A program made the position numbers and the translations under genes. Positions 36,698 through 50,202 of a DNA stretch of 64,000 nt are shown one piece after another; position 1 is the first letter of the stretch; every line of letters begins with the position of its first letter. Source of the stretch: Felis catus (lineage: Eukaryota); the NCBI RefSeq assembly GCF_018350175.1, contig NC_058368.1, forward strand, positions 124,374,001 through 124,438,000. The letters are read 5' to 3'. Below the pieces are notes generated by a model. The model was not told the origin of the DNA. It worked only from the letters and a program-made list of their open reading frames with translations, and searched no databases.

Positions 36698-39600
36698 AGC
36701 AGGATCTTTGTCTATTGGTGTGCTTCCAGAAGGGGGTCAGAATTATTGACTGGATGGGTGGGCACATGAATGAACGAGCAAGTGAATGAATGAATTCCTT
36801 TTCCAAAAGGTCAGCATGCACACAGACAGGATGTGGCCACGAGTCTCAGTTGACAAGCAAATTGACAAGAGTGTAAAAATAGAAAATAGGTCAATGTGAA
36901 CAGACAAACTTTAAGATAGTCGAATATCAAAAAGCAGCAAATGAGAGAAGAGAGGCATGGGGCTTTTGGAAACAGTGGCAAGGTTGGATATGGCATTGAG
37001 TACATTTATATTTCAAGGAGATTCCAAGTCTTCCACTTAGATTGTGAGCAGTTTATTGTAGGACCAGGGTGTGCTGTTGCAGGCCCGAGGGGCCCAGGGT
37101 TAAAGAAAGCATCCTGCTAATACAAGGAGCAACTGGCTCCCGTGACAGAACTTTTAACAAGCCTTTTCTCATATCTGTTGACTTAACGCAGGCCAGGGAA
37201 TTCTTTGAAAGGCAACATGGCTATAAATCAGCAAGTCCTGTAACGCGCATTCCAGGGACTTGGAGGAAAAGTCTGCACACAAAGGCACCTCTTCTAAGTC
37301 TTTAGGAATGCCGTGGTGAGTGGCCCTGGGAGTCTTGGGGTTAGACTGGGGCTGGGAATGGAAAACATCTCAAAGGGAGGAGCAGGGAAGCACCAGTGAC
37401 AGTAGCACAGCATGTGCTAAAACCCTGAGTACCCAGCACCCAGCTCAGTGCCTAATACTAGTGGATAATCAGCACTGAAGGAATTTCTGTTGAATGAGTC
37501 ACTAAATCATAGACAGTTTTCTTGGTTCTGGCCCTGGTTCTGTCATTCATTGGCTGTGCGACCCTGAGGAACTTCTTTCTTTGAACTTTGGTCACCTTGT
37601 GCATTAACTGTTAGGCATGAATACAAATGGAATCTTCAGGAGTGAATGACCCATTAGCTCCTAAGTCTTAAGGAACATTCAAAGAGGTGCCTGAAGATGT
37701 AAAAAGAAGAAAAATACAAAAAACCTATTTGGCAGAGAACACTGAGCTAACATAACCACCTGAGATGGTCAGAACCTGCTAAAGGAAGGAAGTAAACAAT
37801 TCCTGCCATGGCTACCCCTCCCACCCCATCTCCACCCCAGGGGGATCTCTTGGGGCAGCAGGGGGCTGTTGTGTCCATCACTCCAGGGGAAGTGCCTCTT
37901 CCACAGCTGCCTAAAACAAAGCAGATGCCCCCAAACACAAACAATCCACTCTGGGGCAGCCTGACGCCAGGCCAGGGGGTAAGAGGCAAATGCTGTCTGA
38001 TGTTCACTGCAACTTCCATTATATCTAGGGCAGACCATCTCCGAAAGGCCCCGAGGCAGGCAGAATCAATTTCAGTCAATTGCCTGCTCACTTCCATCAG
38101 TGGCCTGATGTGGTAGAAAGGACAATAGGCTCCCACTAAGAATACAAGAGTTCAAATTCTAGCTTTTCTGACACTTGCAAATTTAACAAATGATTTGATT
38201 TCTCTGGACCTATAAAATGGGAATGATAAGAACAGCGTTGCAGGTATCATCAAATGGTAGAAGATTTATGAAACCAGTATATTTGTTTCCCCTTGTACCC
38301 TGTCCTCCTTCCTTCCTTCTTTCTTCTCTTCTGTACCAGTCAGCCCAGTTAGAGCAGAGTACAAGCAAGGCCGAGGACATAATGAGTGTGATGCTCATAG
38401 AAGACCACAATCCTGCTCCTTGTCCTGGCCATGTCCTAAAGAGCCAGCTTGCTAATTGTGTGCTTATACCTCCTCATCACAGAGAAACGGCAGTTCGCCA
38501 CTGACCAGTATCACTGTGGACAAATACTATTTACTCAGCAAGGATGCCAAGCATTTTTAATCCCTGACTCATCAGGAAGAGGAATTTGGCAAAAGGGAGA
38601 ATGGGGGTGGAGAATGAATGAGATGAAACTGGGTGAGGCCAGAATGTAATTATAAGGGTCAGATTCCACCATTTTGGGGCACAGAGGAAGAGGGGAGGAG
38701 ATGGTCTTCGCCCTTAGAAGAGCTGATGTGATCCCAATTCCCCCTATGGAAAACTGAAGAAGAGAGGGCTATAAAAGATGTGTGGGGGTTTTCTTGGAGT
38801 TGCACCTTATGCTGAACCAGGGGCTCTAAATCCTTGGGTAGACTGCTTACATCATTGAAAGGGGCCCTCAAAATCTACATTTGAACCAAGCACTATTTGT
38901 GTACCAAATAACTATAAGTTCAAGTGCTTTCCTGGAAGAGATGTCCATTTGACTTATATCTGGGTCCTTGTATTGAAATTAGTTGGATTCAGAACCCCTG
39001 CAGCCAGGCCTGATAGCTGGAGTCCCCATTTCTCCAGATACTCTCTTTGGCCTCATCTCTCTCCACACTTGGGATTCGGCAGCTCAGCCATGGTAATAAA
39101 CCACATAGACGGGGGCCTCCTGATAAGGCCTGCTTGGGCCTTCCCCCTCCGTGTTCATCTTCTTGGGTGTTGAATCTCAGGGGCACTTGGCTTCTCCTGG
39201 TGCCAAAGGATGGTTATTCCCATGTTGACAGTCCATTTATTTACTCCACTTTAGCTGATTGCCTTACTAGGCCTACTCCTTTTTTTCCCAGCCCCTTCTT
39301 CCCAATCACTGTGCTTTTCATCATCTCCTCTTGTCCTTTCTAAGATGCTAAAGACAGTTTTGTTGCACCTCTACACCTGTATCATCCTTTCCCAAGATCC
39401 TTGCCTCCTCTTCTAAGCCTTCCTCTATAGTTAAGCCATGAGTATTTCCTCCTCTGCAGTGCCATAGGATGTTCTTAACACCAGATTGTACTCCAGTGAG
39501 CCCGGGGAATCACCCCAGGTGAGTGGACATCAAGATGGTTCTGAAAACTGAACAAATCTCAAGAAATAAAAAATGGCATAAATTGAGCCCTGAGTATGGG

Positions 39601-40006
39601 CCAGGATATTTACATGTAATGTATATTTAGCCCTCACAGTTTTCTCCTGAGATACTTTTACTCCTATTTTATGGATGACCAAATGGAGGCTCAGAGGAGT
39701 TAAGTACCTAAGCTGAAGTCTCAGTTGGCAAATGACAGTCATAACCTACTCTAGGTCTGTCTGAGTCTGGAGCTCTCTCTTGTTTCCACACTTCAGCACT
39801 TCACTGACTCCAGAGTAATCTTCACCACCATCTCTGGCTGATGCAATGTCATCTTGATGCTCAGGGAAATCTGATGTGTCAGGTTCAAATTTAATCACAA
39901 CATCCTATAAATTATAGTTAGAGAAGCAGAAATAAATGTGTCAAGATGATTTGTAGGATGAGACATAAACTCTGATAATTTGACCTGAGTTGAAAGATGT
40001 TAAGTC

Positions 40007-40032
40007 TGTGTGTGTGTGTGTTTGTGTGTGTG

Positions 40033-40083
<51 letters not shown>
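40007..40083. repeat. Compound (TG)n(GA)n microsatellite
   Basis: Direct read. Confidence 0.95.
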
Positions 40084-40087
<4 letters not shown>

Positions 40088-40299
40088 AACAAATTCAGCA
40101 CATTAATAAAAGCATCAGTGTCCTCAATGCTGGAGCACAATGAGAGAGTAGCTTAGGAAATGATTTTAATGAACAGAGACTATGGCCTGAAGGGAATACC
40201 CAGAATTAAGAAAGCCTTAAACTCAAGAAAGCCTTAAAGTATTCTCAATTTGTGTTTTATTCTAAAGAAATACAGTATAGAATTTATTATTAGTAAGAA

Positions 40300-40742
40300 A
40301 CATATATTTAATTATTGAATAAGGCATCTTTAAAAAGAAACACACATAAAACAAGACTATGTAGGGGCGCCTGGGTGGCGCAGTCGGTTGGGCGTCCGAC
40401 TTCAGCCAGGTCACGATCTCACGGTCCGTGAGTTCGAGCCCCGCGTCGGGCTCTGGGCTGATGGATCAGAGCCTGGAGCCTGTTTCTGATTCTGTGTCTC
40501 CCTCTCTCTCTGCCCCTCGCCCGTTCATGCTCTGTCTCTCTCTGTCCCAAAAATAAATAAACGTTGAAAAAAAAATTTTTAAAAACAAGACTATGTATTG
40601 ATCAGCTGGCAAACATGTCACCAGAGGCTTATAGGAATCTGACTCTGCATTTCCCCTAGGAGCAATGGCTTAATAGTTGCTAGTTCAGTGTTTACAGTGA
40701 TTTTATAGAACACGAGGACCATGAATCATGAGAACTGACTCC
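40300..40742 (-). mobile_element. TcMar-Tigger fossil (MER82-like), split by a SINE
   Basis: aaacacacataaaacaag...tatgtattgatc...atttcccctaggagcaatgg...tgagaactgact. Confidence 0.7.
40364..40581 (+). mobile_element. Young felid SINEC_Fc
   Basis: CpG-rich near-consensus copy; perfect 16-bp TSD aaaacaagactatgta (40348-40363 / 40582-40597). Confidence 0.95.
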
Positions 40743-42359
40743 ATGTTTGCTTTTTTTGCCTGTTTGTATTGTCTCTCTCACCAGACAGTACACTCCATTA
40801 GTGTAGATATCATGTTTTCCTTACTTCTAGATCCTTGAAATCCCCTGGATTAATCGTCCTATGGCAGGTGTCAAATAAATGCTTTCTGGAATGAATGAAT
40901 GGCTGAGTGAAATTTAGGAAGAGAATCACAAAAGTGTAGAATCACAAAAGAGTTTTGAGGAGTGAGTAATCATCCATGTAGCCAAAGCAGAGGGTTTGGT
41001 GGGGCAGAGAGGGGCAAGTATCCATTGGGTTGGCAGGAAGGAGGTCATTTGTGGCCTGGGAGACCTGTTTCAGTTGTGGAAGGAGGACAAAAGGCGTATT
41101 TCAATGGCTGAATAACTGGCCATGAAGAAGGGGGTCGGCTACATTTTTTAGAAGTTCAGGTGAAAAGGGGAAGAAAGAGATTCGACAGAAGCTAGAGGGG
41201 CCTCTGCTGCAGGGGTGGGTCTTTCAGGACTGGAGAAGTGATCCCATGGTTAGAAGCTCAGGGGAAGTAGCCCAGAGAGAGGAGGCAGTTGAGGGTATAG
41301 CAGAATGAGGTGGAAAGAACAGTATGTGGTTCATGGTAGAGGTCAAACTCTGAACAAGAAGAGGGAGATCTTGGCCTTACAAACTTGGGAAAAGGGAAAA
41401 AGGATGTGTGTAGATATGAATACATTCATAGTGAAGGGGGCAGGAAGTTAAACGAGATCCTTCCTAATTACCTTGATTTCTCTCTGTCCAGCAGGAGGCC
41501 AGGTAGGATGTCAGGGAAGGAGAGGGAAGGCATTTGAAGACTGAGCTGGGGCTTAGAGATGGTGAAGGAGTTTATGCCAGACAAATTCAAGGACTGATGG
41601 ATAGAGCAACATTGGAGACCATGGTACTGCAGTGGCATTAGCAGTCAGGGTATAAAGAACAGCCAAAGCAGGCTGTTGTGTTTCTGGTCAGCTCTTGGGT
41701 TTTGGTGGGCAAGTGCAGTGGAAGGACTACAGAGCAAGGCAGCTTAGGAACCTATGCAAAAAGAGTTCAGACTGGAGCAGGCTGATGGATGGGAAAAGAC
41801 AGAAGATGAAGGATTTGTGGTCCCCATGAAGTGGAAGAGCAAGTATGGCAGGATAAGGATATGCGTGAGCAAGGTCAAAGGTGCAGGAGGGAAGCTCTAG
41901 GTTATGACTAAGCCCATAGTGTTGCTCAGTGTTGCAGCTGAAGGTCAGTAGACCTTCTTTAGCTTAAGGAGATCCAGGGATTGTAAGACCAGTGATCCAG
42001 CTCATCTTGTATTATTTTAGCAAGATGTTTCCTAAATCAGCTTCTTACCTATGGCTTTAAGGCCTTATCAAGGTGATAGTGAAGCAAATTATGATGAGCA
42101 GCATGTGTATGAGGAAAATGGAAATATTCGTTTCACAAAGTCAGACGAATACAAGTCCTCCCTTCCTTCATACCTATCACAAACTCTAATGGGTTAATTA
42201 TTTGAAAAAAAGTTGAAAAAAGGTTTTACTCATATGCACTGAGTGTGGTAGAAAAAAAGTATGGGCCCAGAATTAATGTAATCATGTCTTTCTTGACTCT
42301 AGATTCTCCACCACCAAATGAATCACTAAACGGCCCAATTGAGTGGCTTCTTATCTATT

Positions 42360-42498
42360 CTTTTTTTTTTTTTTTTTTTAAGTAGGCTTCTTGCCCAGCA
42401 CAGAGCCCAAAATGGGCTTGAACTCATAACCCTGAGATCAAGGCCTGAGCTGTGATCAGCAGTTGGATGCTTAACTGACTGAGCCACCCAGATGCCCC
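42360..42498 (-). mobile_element. Short CAN-SINE
   Basis: Poly-T followed by the reverse head ...gactgagccacccagatgcccc. Confidence 0.88.
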
Positions 42499-43487
42499 TG
42501 TTCTTAACCTTCTTGACTTCAGGAAGATGGCACCCAGTATGGTGGGCCATCCCTTCCAGACTTAGCCTTCAGAAACACTACTTTTGAGGTTCCCCTACTC
42601 TTTCTCTATATTTCCTTCTCTGGCTCCCCCTCTTTCTTTTTCACACACATGTGGTTGACCCCAAGGATCTGCTCTTAGCAGTCTTCCCTTTCTCTTTGCA
42701 CACTTTCTCCCTTGGTACTCTCCTTCTTTTGCATAGTTTCCTTCTTTTGCATAGTACCTTCTTGCAGTGGATTTAGTTCTTTACCTTCAGCTCTGACGTT
42801 TGTCCTTTGCCCTAGTCTAAATTTCCAAAGGCCTGTTGGACATATCTGCCAACATATCAAATTCACATCAATATAGAATGCAAAATTTTCCTTTTTATGC
42901 CATCATGTTCTGTATTTCTGTCAACTTGACCATCTTACCCAATGTTGCTAAAGGTATTTTCTCTTCCTTACTAAAAGAATCATAGGACCTTGGGCATTTG
43001 ATCAGGAATGGATTTAGAGGTGGTATCTCATAATTGGAGGCAGTGTGGCTAAGAACAGGCATATGGTCTTTGGACTTGAGTGGAACTGGATGTGAATACT
43101 GGCTTAGTCTCTTGCTTGCTGAGTGACCTTTGGGAAGTTATTTAACTTTTTTGTGCCTTAGTTTCACATGTATAAAATAGAGGTAATACTTTTAAAAGTT
43201 ACTGTCAGCAACAATTAAATGATGTGTGTAATGTTCTTAGTCAAGGGCTTAGCACTTATTAAATGCTCAGTGAATGCTAAACATTAGCAAGGATTCCACC
43301 AGTTAATTTCTCAGATAGTAATGCTAAGGACCAGAGACATAAAGTGATGAAATAATAGTGAAAGTGTTGACTAGAAACCAGTCTGATGACTTCAAGACCC
43401 TTGTGTCTTCCTAAATTTTAAGGCTTTTACACATAAGTCAAAGGGAATAATGGTTAGAAACAGTAAGAAAACTGTCTTTGGAGGAAC

Positions 43488-44099
43488 CTATTTTTAGATC
43501 ATTACTGGGGGAAGGCACCCTCTTTAGCTTGCTGTCAAATCTTAATTATTTATGCTAATTGGGACCAAGGAGACTTGGCTAAAGGAAAGGCACACATAAT
43601 GCCCAAAGGCCATTTAAATAACAGCTTCAACCTTTTCCTCAATTATTGTCTATCAGTTTTTTGGAAGTACTACATTCATTGTAGAAACAGAACATGAAAA
43701 AAACAGCAATATTCTTGAACCATGGGTTTCTAACTAGGTTTAAAAATAGCCATGGCATCACAAATAACTTCATCTCAAAAGAAATCTTAAAGGAAATTTT
43801 GAAAAGTAGAAATGGAATGAGGGCATTGTGGTAAATAAAAATAGACAAATGAAGTCTCTTATCTATTGTTATCAACGTCTGCAAGAGCTCCATCCTTGGC
43901 AGGAAATTATTCCCTGCTTCCTAATGCTGTTTTTCATTTTACTTATCTTGTTAACTTTATTAAACCCAACAGGAAATAATTTTAGCATAACAGCTAATTT
44001 GTTTTGACGTCTCTAGAGACCTATTTTTTTCTTTTAAATAATGCCTGCTGCTTTGTATCAAACCATGCCCCAATTGAAGGGGCATATGTTATTGGAATG
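43488..44099. promoter_or_regulatory. Candidate enhancer: MEF2 and TEAD/MCAT motif cluster
   Basis: CTATTTTTAG 43488-43497, TTAAAAATAG 43740-43749, ATAAAAATAG 43835-43844 (1 mismatch), GGAATG 43814-43819 and 44094-44099, in an apparently repeat-free block. Confidence 0.35.
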
Positions 44100-45606
44100 C
44101 TTTTTCAAAAATAACAGTGGAGTCTGAACGTCTGGAAGGTTTACAATAAAATCTTCTATTTGGAGCCCACATTTGTGATGGGATGCCTGTGTATATTTTA
44201 TTTTATTTTTTAAGTCTTTCCAGACTTTTGTGAAAGTCATCATGTGTGATCATGTTTCTTTAGCTGAAGTTCATCAATTAAATCTGACTCCATGAGAGTT
44301 GGATAAGGGGCATCTTCACACAAGGTGTGAAGTAAACAGTATGCTCTGGATGATTCTAAAACCTGCAGTGTGGGGTGCAAGTGTAGATCCATGATTTTTA
44401 AAGGAAACTCCTCACTTCTACATAAAGTCAATTTCCAATGGCATCTATTTTGAATGGACTTAAGCCAGTTTGGCCATCAGCAAATTATCTAATGTTCTTT
44501 TGGTATATATTAATGCTATTATAGCATCTAGTGACAAGAGGTAGGTATAGGGAAAAGTATATAATCCCTTATTGACAGCCACACTACCAGAGAGTACAGT
44601 ATGTTAAAATGATAGCAAGTCTTGGATCAAATTTTGGCAGATATATTAATATTTATTCATAAGCATGAAAAACAAATACAGAGATATTTCAAAGGCAGAA
44701 TGGGCCAGCCTTGTAATAGGGTCATGCTCTTCACGAAGTTAAAAGATAGTGGGGCTTGATATCTGACACTGAGTATGCCAGATTCTTACTCCTAACTGAT
44801 CTCCTCTCCCTTATGCTAAGTAACAAACCCACTGGGGTAGATTAAGACAAACTGCAGGAACTGCTAGGTATCAGTTCTGGATGGTATTGATTCCTGATTG
44901 GTGTTCTCAAATGTTTTAACTACCTCTGAAGGGCATAGTTCTCATTAGATACTTTGAATGTTAACCAACTGCCACTAAATTGCTAGACTGGAATTAACTT
45001 GCATTTTTACATCAATCTGTAGCCAAATACAGCATTGTTATTCTCCCCATCTCCCAAGCTAGACCCCACAGAGGCATGCTTGTCACGGCCAACTGCCTTG
45101 CCCATCAACAGATTCTGACAAGCTTCACTGATTAATCATCTCTCCAATTTGCCTTCTTCTCTTATGTGCAGAAGCACTGGCTTAGTTTCAGTCCTTACTG
45201 GGAACTCTCCTTGAATGACTGTAACAGCCGTCTTACTGCTCATTTTAACCTTTTTCTTTTCCTACGGTTCATCCTTTCCCACCCTAAAATCAAGTTTGAC
45301 CCTGTCACTCCCCACCACAAAATTTTCTGAGGACCCCCATGGCCTACCTAGCAGACCTCAAGCCACTTATCCACATGGACCCCTGTGATCCAGTTTTTAT
45401 AAACTTCTCATATTTTCCTATACATTTGACCTGATTTATCCTTCAGGCCATTGGTAGATTCAGGTCCTCCCTGGTTTTGGTACCTGAAAAAATTTTTCCT
45501 TATTTTAAAGTCTCGTTTACGTCACCTCTTTTATGAAGGGGACAGGCCTTTTTGCTCCCATAGCCTTTTCTGATTGTATTCATTGACAACAACTGTTGTG
45601 TATACT

Positions 45607-45781
45607 GGGATTATCAGATACAAGACAGGATGCCCAGTTACATTTGAATTTCAGATAAATAATGAATAATTTTTATTATATGTAGGTTCAATACAATATT
45701 CCATAACAATTATTTGTTACTTATCAGAATTTCAAAGTCAATGGAGCATCCTGATGTTGGTTTGCAAAGTCTGGCAAGACT
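45607..45781. mobile_element. MER53 palindromic hAT MITE
   Basis: caggatgcccagttacatttgaatttcagataaataatgaataattt pairs with aattatttgttacttatcagaatttcaaag...gcatcctg; ends tctggcaagact. Confidence 0.8.
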
Positions 45782-46187
45782 AGCTGTACTGTAATTCAAC
45801 TGTGTAAAAGTCTATTCCTTACTTTGCCCTGTAAGCTTTTTGAAGGCACTTGTATCTAAGTGAGCAGCTAGACTCCAGGCCTGGCATCAAACTCCCATTC
45901 GATAATTGCTTCTTGAATAAATAAGAAGAAGAAAGGTAAAAAAAAGAAACGTCATTGCTTGTCTTTTTCCACTTGGGAAAACTAAGAAAATAACAACAGC
46001 ATTAACAACAATAACAAACCTTTGGGTGACTTAATTACTACAGGTCATAGTGCTTTCTGTACCTAGCAGTGTTTCAGAAGTCAAACCCTGTTCCAAAATG
46101 AGGCATGAGTAGGGACAGGATGGAGAGATACTTTCTAGTGTGAAAGCCAAAAGATGTACCTAACATACACACAGAAGTAGTAGTAAT

Positions 46188-46188
46188 A

Positions 46189-46222
<34 letters not shown>
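46188..46222. repeat. (GAT)n trinucleotide repeat (another at 31788-31813)
   Basis: Direct read. Confidence 0.95.
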
Positions 46223-46223
<1 letters not shown>

Positions 46224-47267
46224 ACAGTATTAGTATATGGAACACACACCAGTACACTCTCAGGGCATTCCCATTGAATCCTCACAAACCCTATGAGGCA
46301 GGTGCTCACTGCAAGGGGCTGGACTCTTTTGATTCTCCAGTTTTGTGCCCTGTTAGCTCTGGTTCCAAACACTATTCTGCTTCCTTCCCAAAGACCCCCA
46401 GGGGAGCTGACACAGTAGGAGAAGTGTTCAAAGCCCCACCTTGTAAACGGAAAATAATGTGTGAAGTTGCCAGGTTTCTGTGAGGGATTTGGACTCAGTC
46501 CCATTTCTTCTTTGGGAAGCTTTCTTTGCCCATAAAGGATTCTCAGACTTCCACTTTTGTTTCAGTCTTGTGGTCATAAAACTGCCTTGACAAAAAGTTT
46601 GTTTTAAGGGCTTATGACTTGGGGACATAAAGAAATGTTTAAAGAAGGAAAGGGGATAACAGCATGTGAGATTCTGTATGGAATGGACCATACAGAGCCC
46701 CCCTCCACCTCCTTTGGTTGAGCCCATGGTGGGAGAACATTCAAAAAAGCCAACAAACTTGGGTAACAGCCCTTAAATAGACATTGTTTGAGTATGAATG
46801 GATCCAACTGGCTTTAAATGTTTTGTTCCTCACATAATTCCTATTTTAGGCAGATTGGTTACTATAGAGACTAGAGCCACCTTAATTATGGATGGTCAAG
46901 AGAGGACATGTTGACTAATGGTTAGAGCAGAGGTCTAAGGTCCAAGGTCCTAGTCTTAGCCCAACCACAGACTTACTGTGAGCCTGTCTAACTCACTCCC
47001 TGTGCTACAATCCTGCCTTAACTAAGCAGAAAGGAAAAATACCTTTGCTGGAGTCCTGTGGGGAGTCATAGTCTATATATTGTTTTTAGGAGTGGGTGAG
47101 ATTGAAGATTTGGGAATGAGGGAGAGAGAGAGATTCTAACATAAAGTAAATTTCAGAAAATATTGAACTTGGAAAGCTAACTTGGCAAATGGGAAGTGTC
47201 TACATATCACAGCATCATCTCTGGGGCTGGGATGTGGGCAACAGCGTCTTGGGTATTTAAAAAAAGC

Positions 47268-47318
<51 letters not shown>

Positions 47319-47464
47319 CGCGCGCATGCATGTGCATGCCAACCCTCAAATTCTTAAAGCTAAGATATAAAAGCTACAATTTACAAATCTATATAAACCA
47401 TTTGTCCCTATCTTTTAGAAATGATTATTTTATTTTATAGGACCACTTTGCATGTATTTTCATT

Positions 47465-47594
47465 TTTTAAAACAACTTTTTATTATGAAGATTTTGGGAC
47501 ACAAAGCTGAGATGCCAATAGTGTAAAAGAACGTTCATATATACATTACCCAGCCTCAACCATTATCCACAATCTGTCATTGTTGTTTTATCTC

Positions 47595-47652
<58 letters not shown>

Positions 47653-48510
47653 TCTGGACTATGTGAGAGAAAATCCCAGAGAACATATCATCTCATTTAT
47701 AAAAGATGATAGGTTTACTTTCATTAATGGATAAAGGCTTTGTTTCCCTCATTACCACAGTATACCATTATCAACTCCTAGAGAATTAACAATTCCTTAA
47801 TATTATCTGTTACCTAACCCACGTTCAGTTTGCCAAGATTATTTTTAAAATATCCTTTTTTAAATTTGGTCTGTTCTAATTAAGATTCAGATATAGGCCA
47901 GACATTACATTTGTTTATGTTTCTTAAGTATGTTTTAATCTATAACAATTCCCCTTTCCTCTCCCTGCTTATTCTATTTGGAAATATTTGAAACAAAGAA
48001 AAGTTGCAAACAAAAACAATGAGCACTTATTTACCTTCATGTTTTATACATTTGCTTAATTCTTTCTCTCTGTGTGTCTTAGCATCATCATTAATTTTTT
48101 TTGCTGAACCATTAGAGAATTAGTTGCACACATTGTGACATTTTCCCCTTAAATATTTCAATGCATTTCCCTTAAGAACAAAGGCATTCTCCTACAAAGT
48201 TACATTATAAATATCACATGGAGGAAATTTAACACCACACAATATTATCTATTATTCATTCTATATTCAGATTTCTCCACCTGTCCTAATACTGTACTAA
48301 TACTGCCCTAGTAATATTGGAGCTTATTATTATTTTTTTAAATCTAGGAATGAGTACAGAATCAAGCATTGCATTTATTTGTCATGTCCCTTTGGTTCCT
48401 TTAATCTAGTGTACTCTTCAGCTGTCTTTCATGATGTTAACATTTTTAGGCATTTTGGCTAATTATTGGGAAAAATGATTCTTAGTTTGGTTTGCCTGAT
48501 TTTTCCTATT
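47465..48510 (-). mobile_element. Old L1M 3' end fragments
   Basis: ctttttattatgaagatttt...attacccagcctcaaccattatc and cccttaaatatttcaatgcatttcccttaagaacaaaggcattctcctaca motifs. Confidence 0.7.
47598..47646. repeat. (CT)n microsatellite; (GT)n tracts also at 23875, 28921, 47270, 50441 and 60927
   Basis: Direct read. Confidence 0.95.
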
Positions 48511-49955
48511 TTCAATTCTTAAAAGAACTGATGAAACAACTCTACAACTAGCATACTTCATTCTAATTTAGAGCAAAATTTCCACATGTTGAGGCTGAGT
48601 TTTGTTCGTTCTCTTACTATTTTGCATTCCCTACTCACTATTTGACTTGGGAAATGTTTGTCCTCAGAGTAGCATTTAGGTCTTGTAATTTTTATGTCCT
48701 TAAGTGGATTAAGACTGGAATTTATTTTTAGGGGCTTCTGCGTGATCTGAAGGATGTATCTGAAGCATTTATTCTTTGTCTTCCTCTTGAGAGTCTCTCT
48801 TTTTTCAATTCACAGAACAGCAGAAATGTGTCCTAACTGCAGTGTGGAAAGGACAGGAGGTAGGCACCAGACGTTACTGTCTCTCCTTGAAACATAGCCT
48901 AGCCTCTCCCACCTGGAAACCTGGAGCTTTCCATACTTCCCACGATGTGAGGACAGAAGGCACATCGATTCTGCATGGACTTCCAGCCAGCAGTGCTGTC
49001 TATTTCTGCACGTGTCCTCTGGTGTCTGGTGTAAACCTTGCCCTAGCCAAGGAAACTGGCTTGTGCTGGTCCCTGGTAGTTACATATGGCTTGTGTGCAT
49101 GAACCATGGAGGAGCTTGCTGTTATTTTCTGGCCAGATGTCCTAGAGCTGCTCAGCAGATAGTGAATTAGGAGTCCCTAAAACAGCATTAGTGATGGGCA
49201 GCATGGCACACCCTGCCTGGTAAGGTCTGCCATCTCCACATGGGCCTCTGTGTCCATGACAGCAGACTCTTTCCTTTCTTTACCATGGATGTGGATGCTG
49301 TCGGACCCCTCTGTCCCCATCACCAAGGAGACTGCTGGTGCTGGGTTGGAAGCGTGCAGATGGTGCCTCAAGCTCAGTACCTACTACAAGTCCCTTTGTT
49401 TCTTGTCCACAGAACTGTACCTCACCTTTCAGGCCATTTAGTGGAGTAATATGGGAAGGAGGAGGTTGGGATAGGAAAAAATGCCCTCTGGTAGCATCAA
49501 AGTTGAACAGTTTTGAATTCTTAGGAGATCCCACCTTCCCATCCACTCTCGCTCAAGTATCATCCCATGCCAGACTTTGACAGACAGCTATGCAGGTAGG
49601 GCTTTGCTCCCCAGAAAAGAAAACTGGATACCTGCCATGGGGCCCAAAGGCAAATCTGTACTGTTTATGTTTTTCAGAGTTTTATAGGGGAAATGGAAAA
49701 GAACAATAGGTGCAGGACAATAGCGACCTGCTACCCCTAGTGACCTGGCATGAAATATTCATCATTATAATGATTATAGCGGGTTATTCTAATAAGTTCT
49801 CCCAACACAATGTCAAGTAAAGACTGCAGTTCTCATAAAGAATGTGACAGCACTAAAGCTCAAAGAGGTGAAGGAGCTTGTCCACAGTGATTCAGATGGT
49901 CAGGGTGGGGTAGGAATGTGACCAAGTTTTCTTCAGTTTAGAAGGAGCTGCTTCA

Positions 49956-50202
49956 GGGGCACCTGGGTGGCTCAGTTGGTTGAGCACCTGACTCTGGATT
50001 TTGGCTCAGGTCATGATCCCAGGAGGGTGGGATCGACCCCCGCATCGGGCTCCACACTAAGCATGGAACCTGCTTATTAATATTCTCTCTTGCTCTCTCT
50101 CTCTGCTTCTGCCCCTCTCCCCAACTCAGGCTCTCTAAAAACAAAGAATAAATTAAAAAAATTTTTAAAAACCCAACAATTTGGCAGTATTTAAAAAAAG
50201 AG
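49956..50202 (+). mobile_element. CAN-SINE with extra unique sequence in its tail
   Basis: TSD gaaggagctgcttc (49941-49954 / 50203-50216). Confidence 0.9.

Noticed and set aside
42719..42768. Short tandem duplication (ccttcttttgcatagt x2; similar ones at 25380, 40209 and 40921) as a CRISPR-like array
   Set aside because: Two to three adjacent copies without unique spacers in a mammalian genome; ordinary slippage duplications.
48842..49102. ORF containing SSAVYFC, reminiscent of an Ig/TCR V-domain F strand
   Set aside because: It lacks the conserved Asp of DxxxYxC, a correctly spaced first Cys and Trp, and any recombination signal; probably chance.
49190..49450. GC-richer stretch with vague GPCR-like or PLP-like peptide fragments (possible processed pseudogene)
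   Set aside because: The resemblances are in different frames, with no poly(A) tail or TSD; unsupported without a tBLASTx hit.
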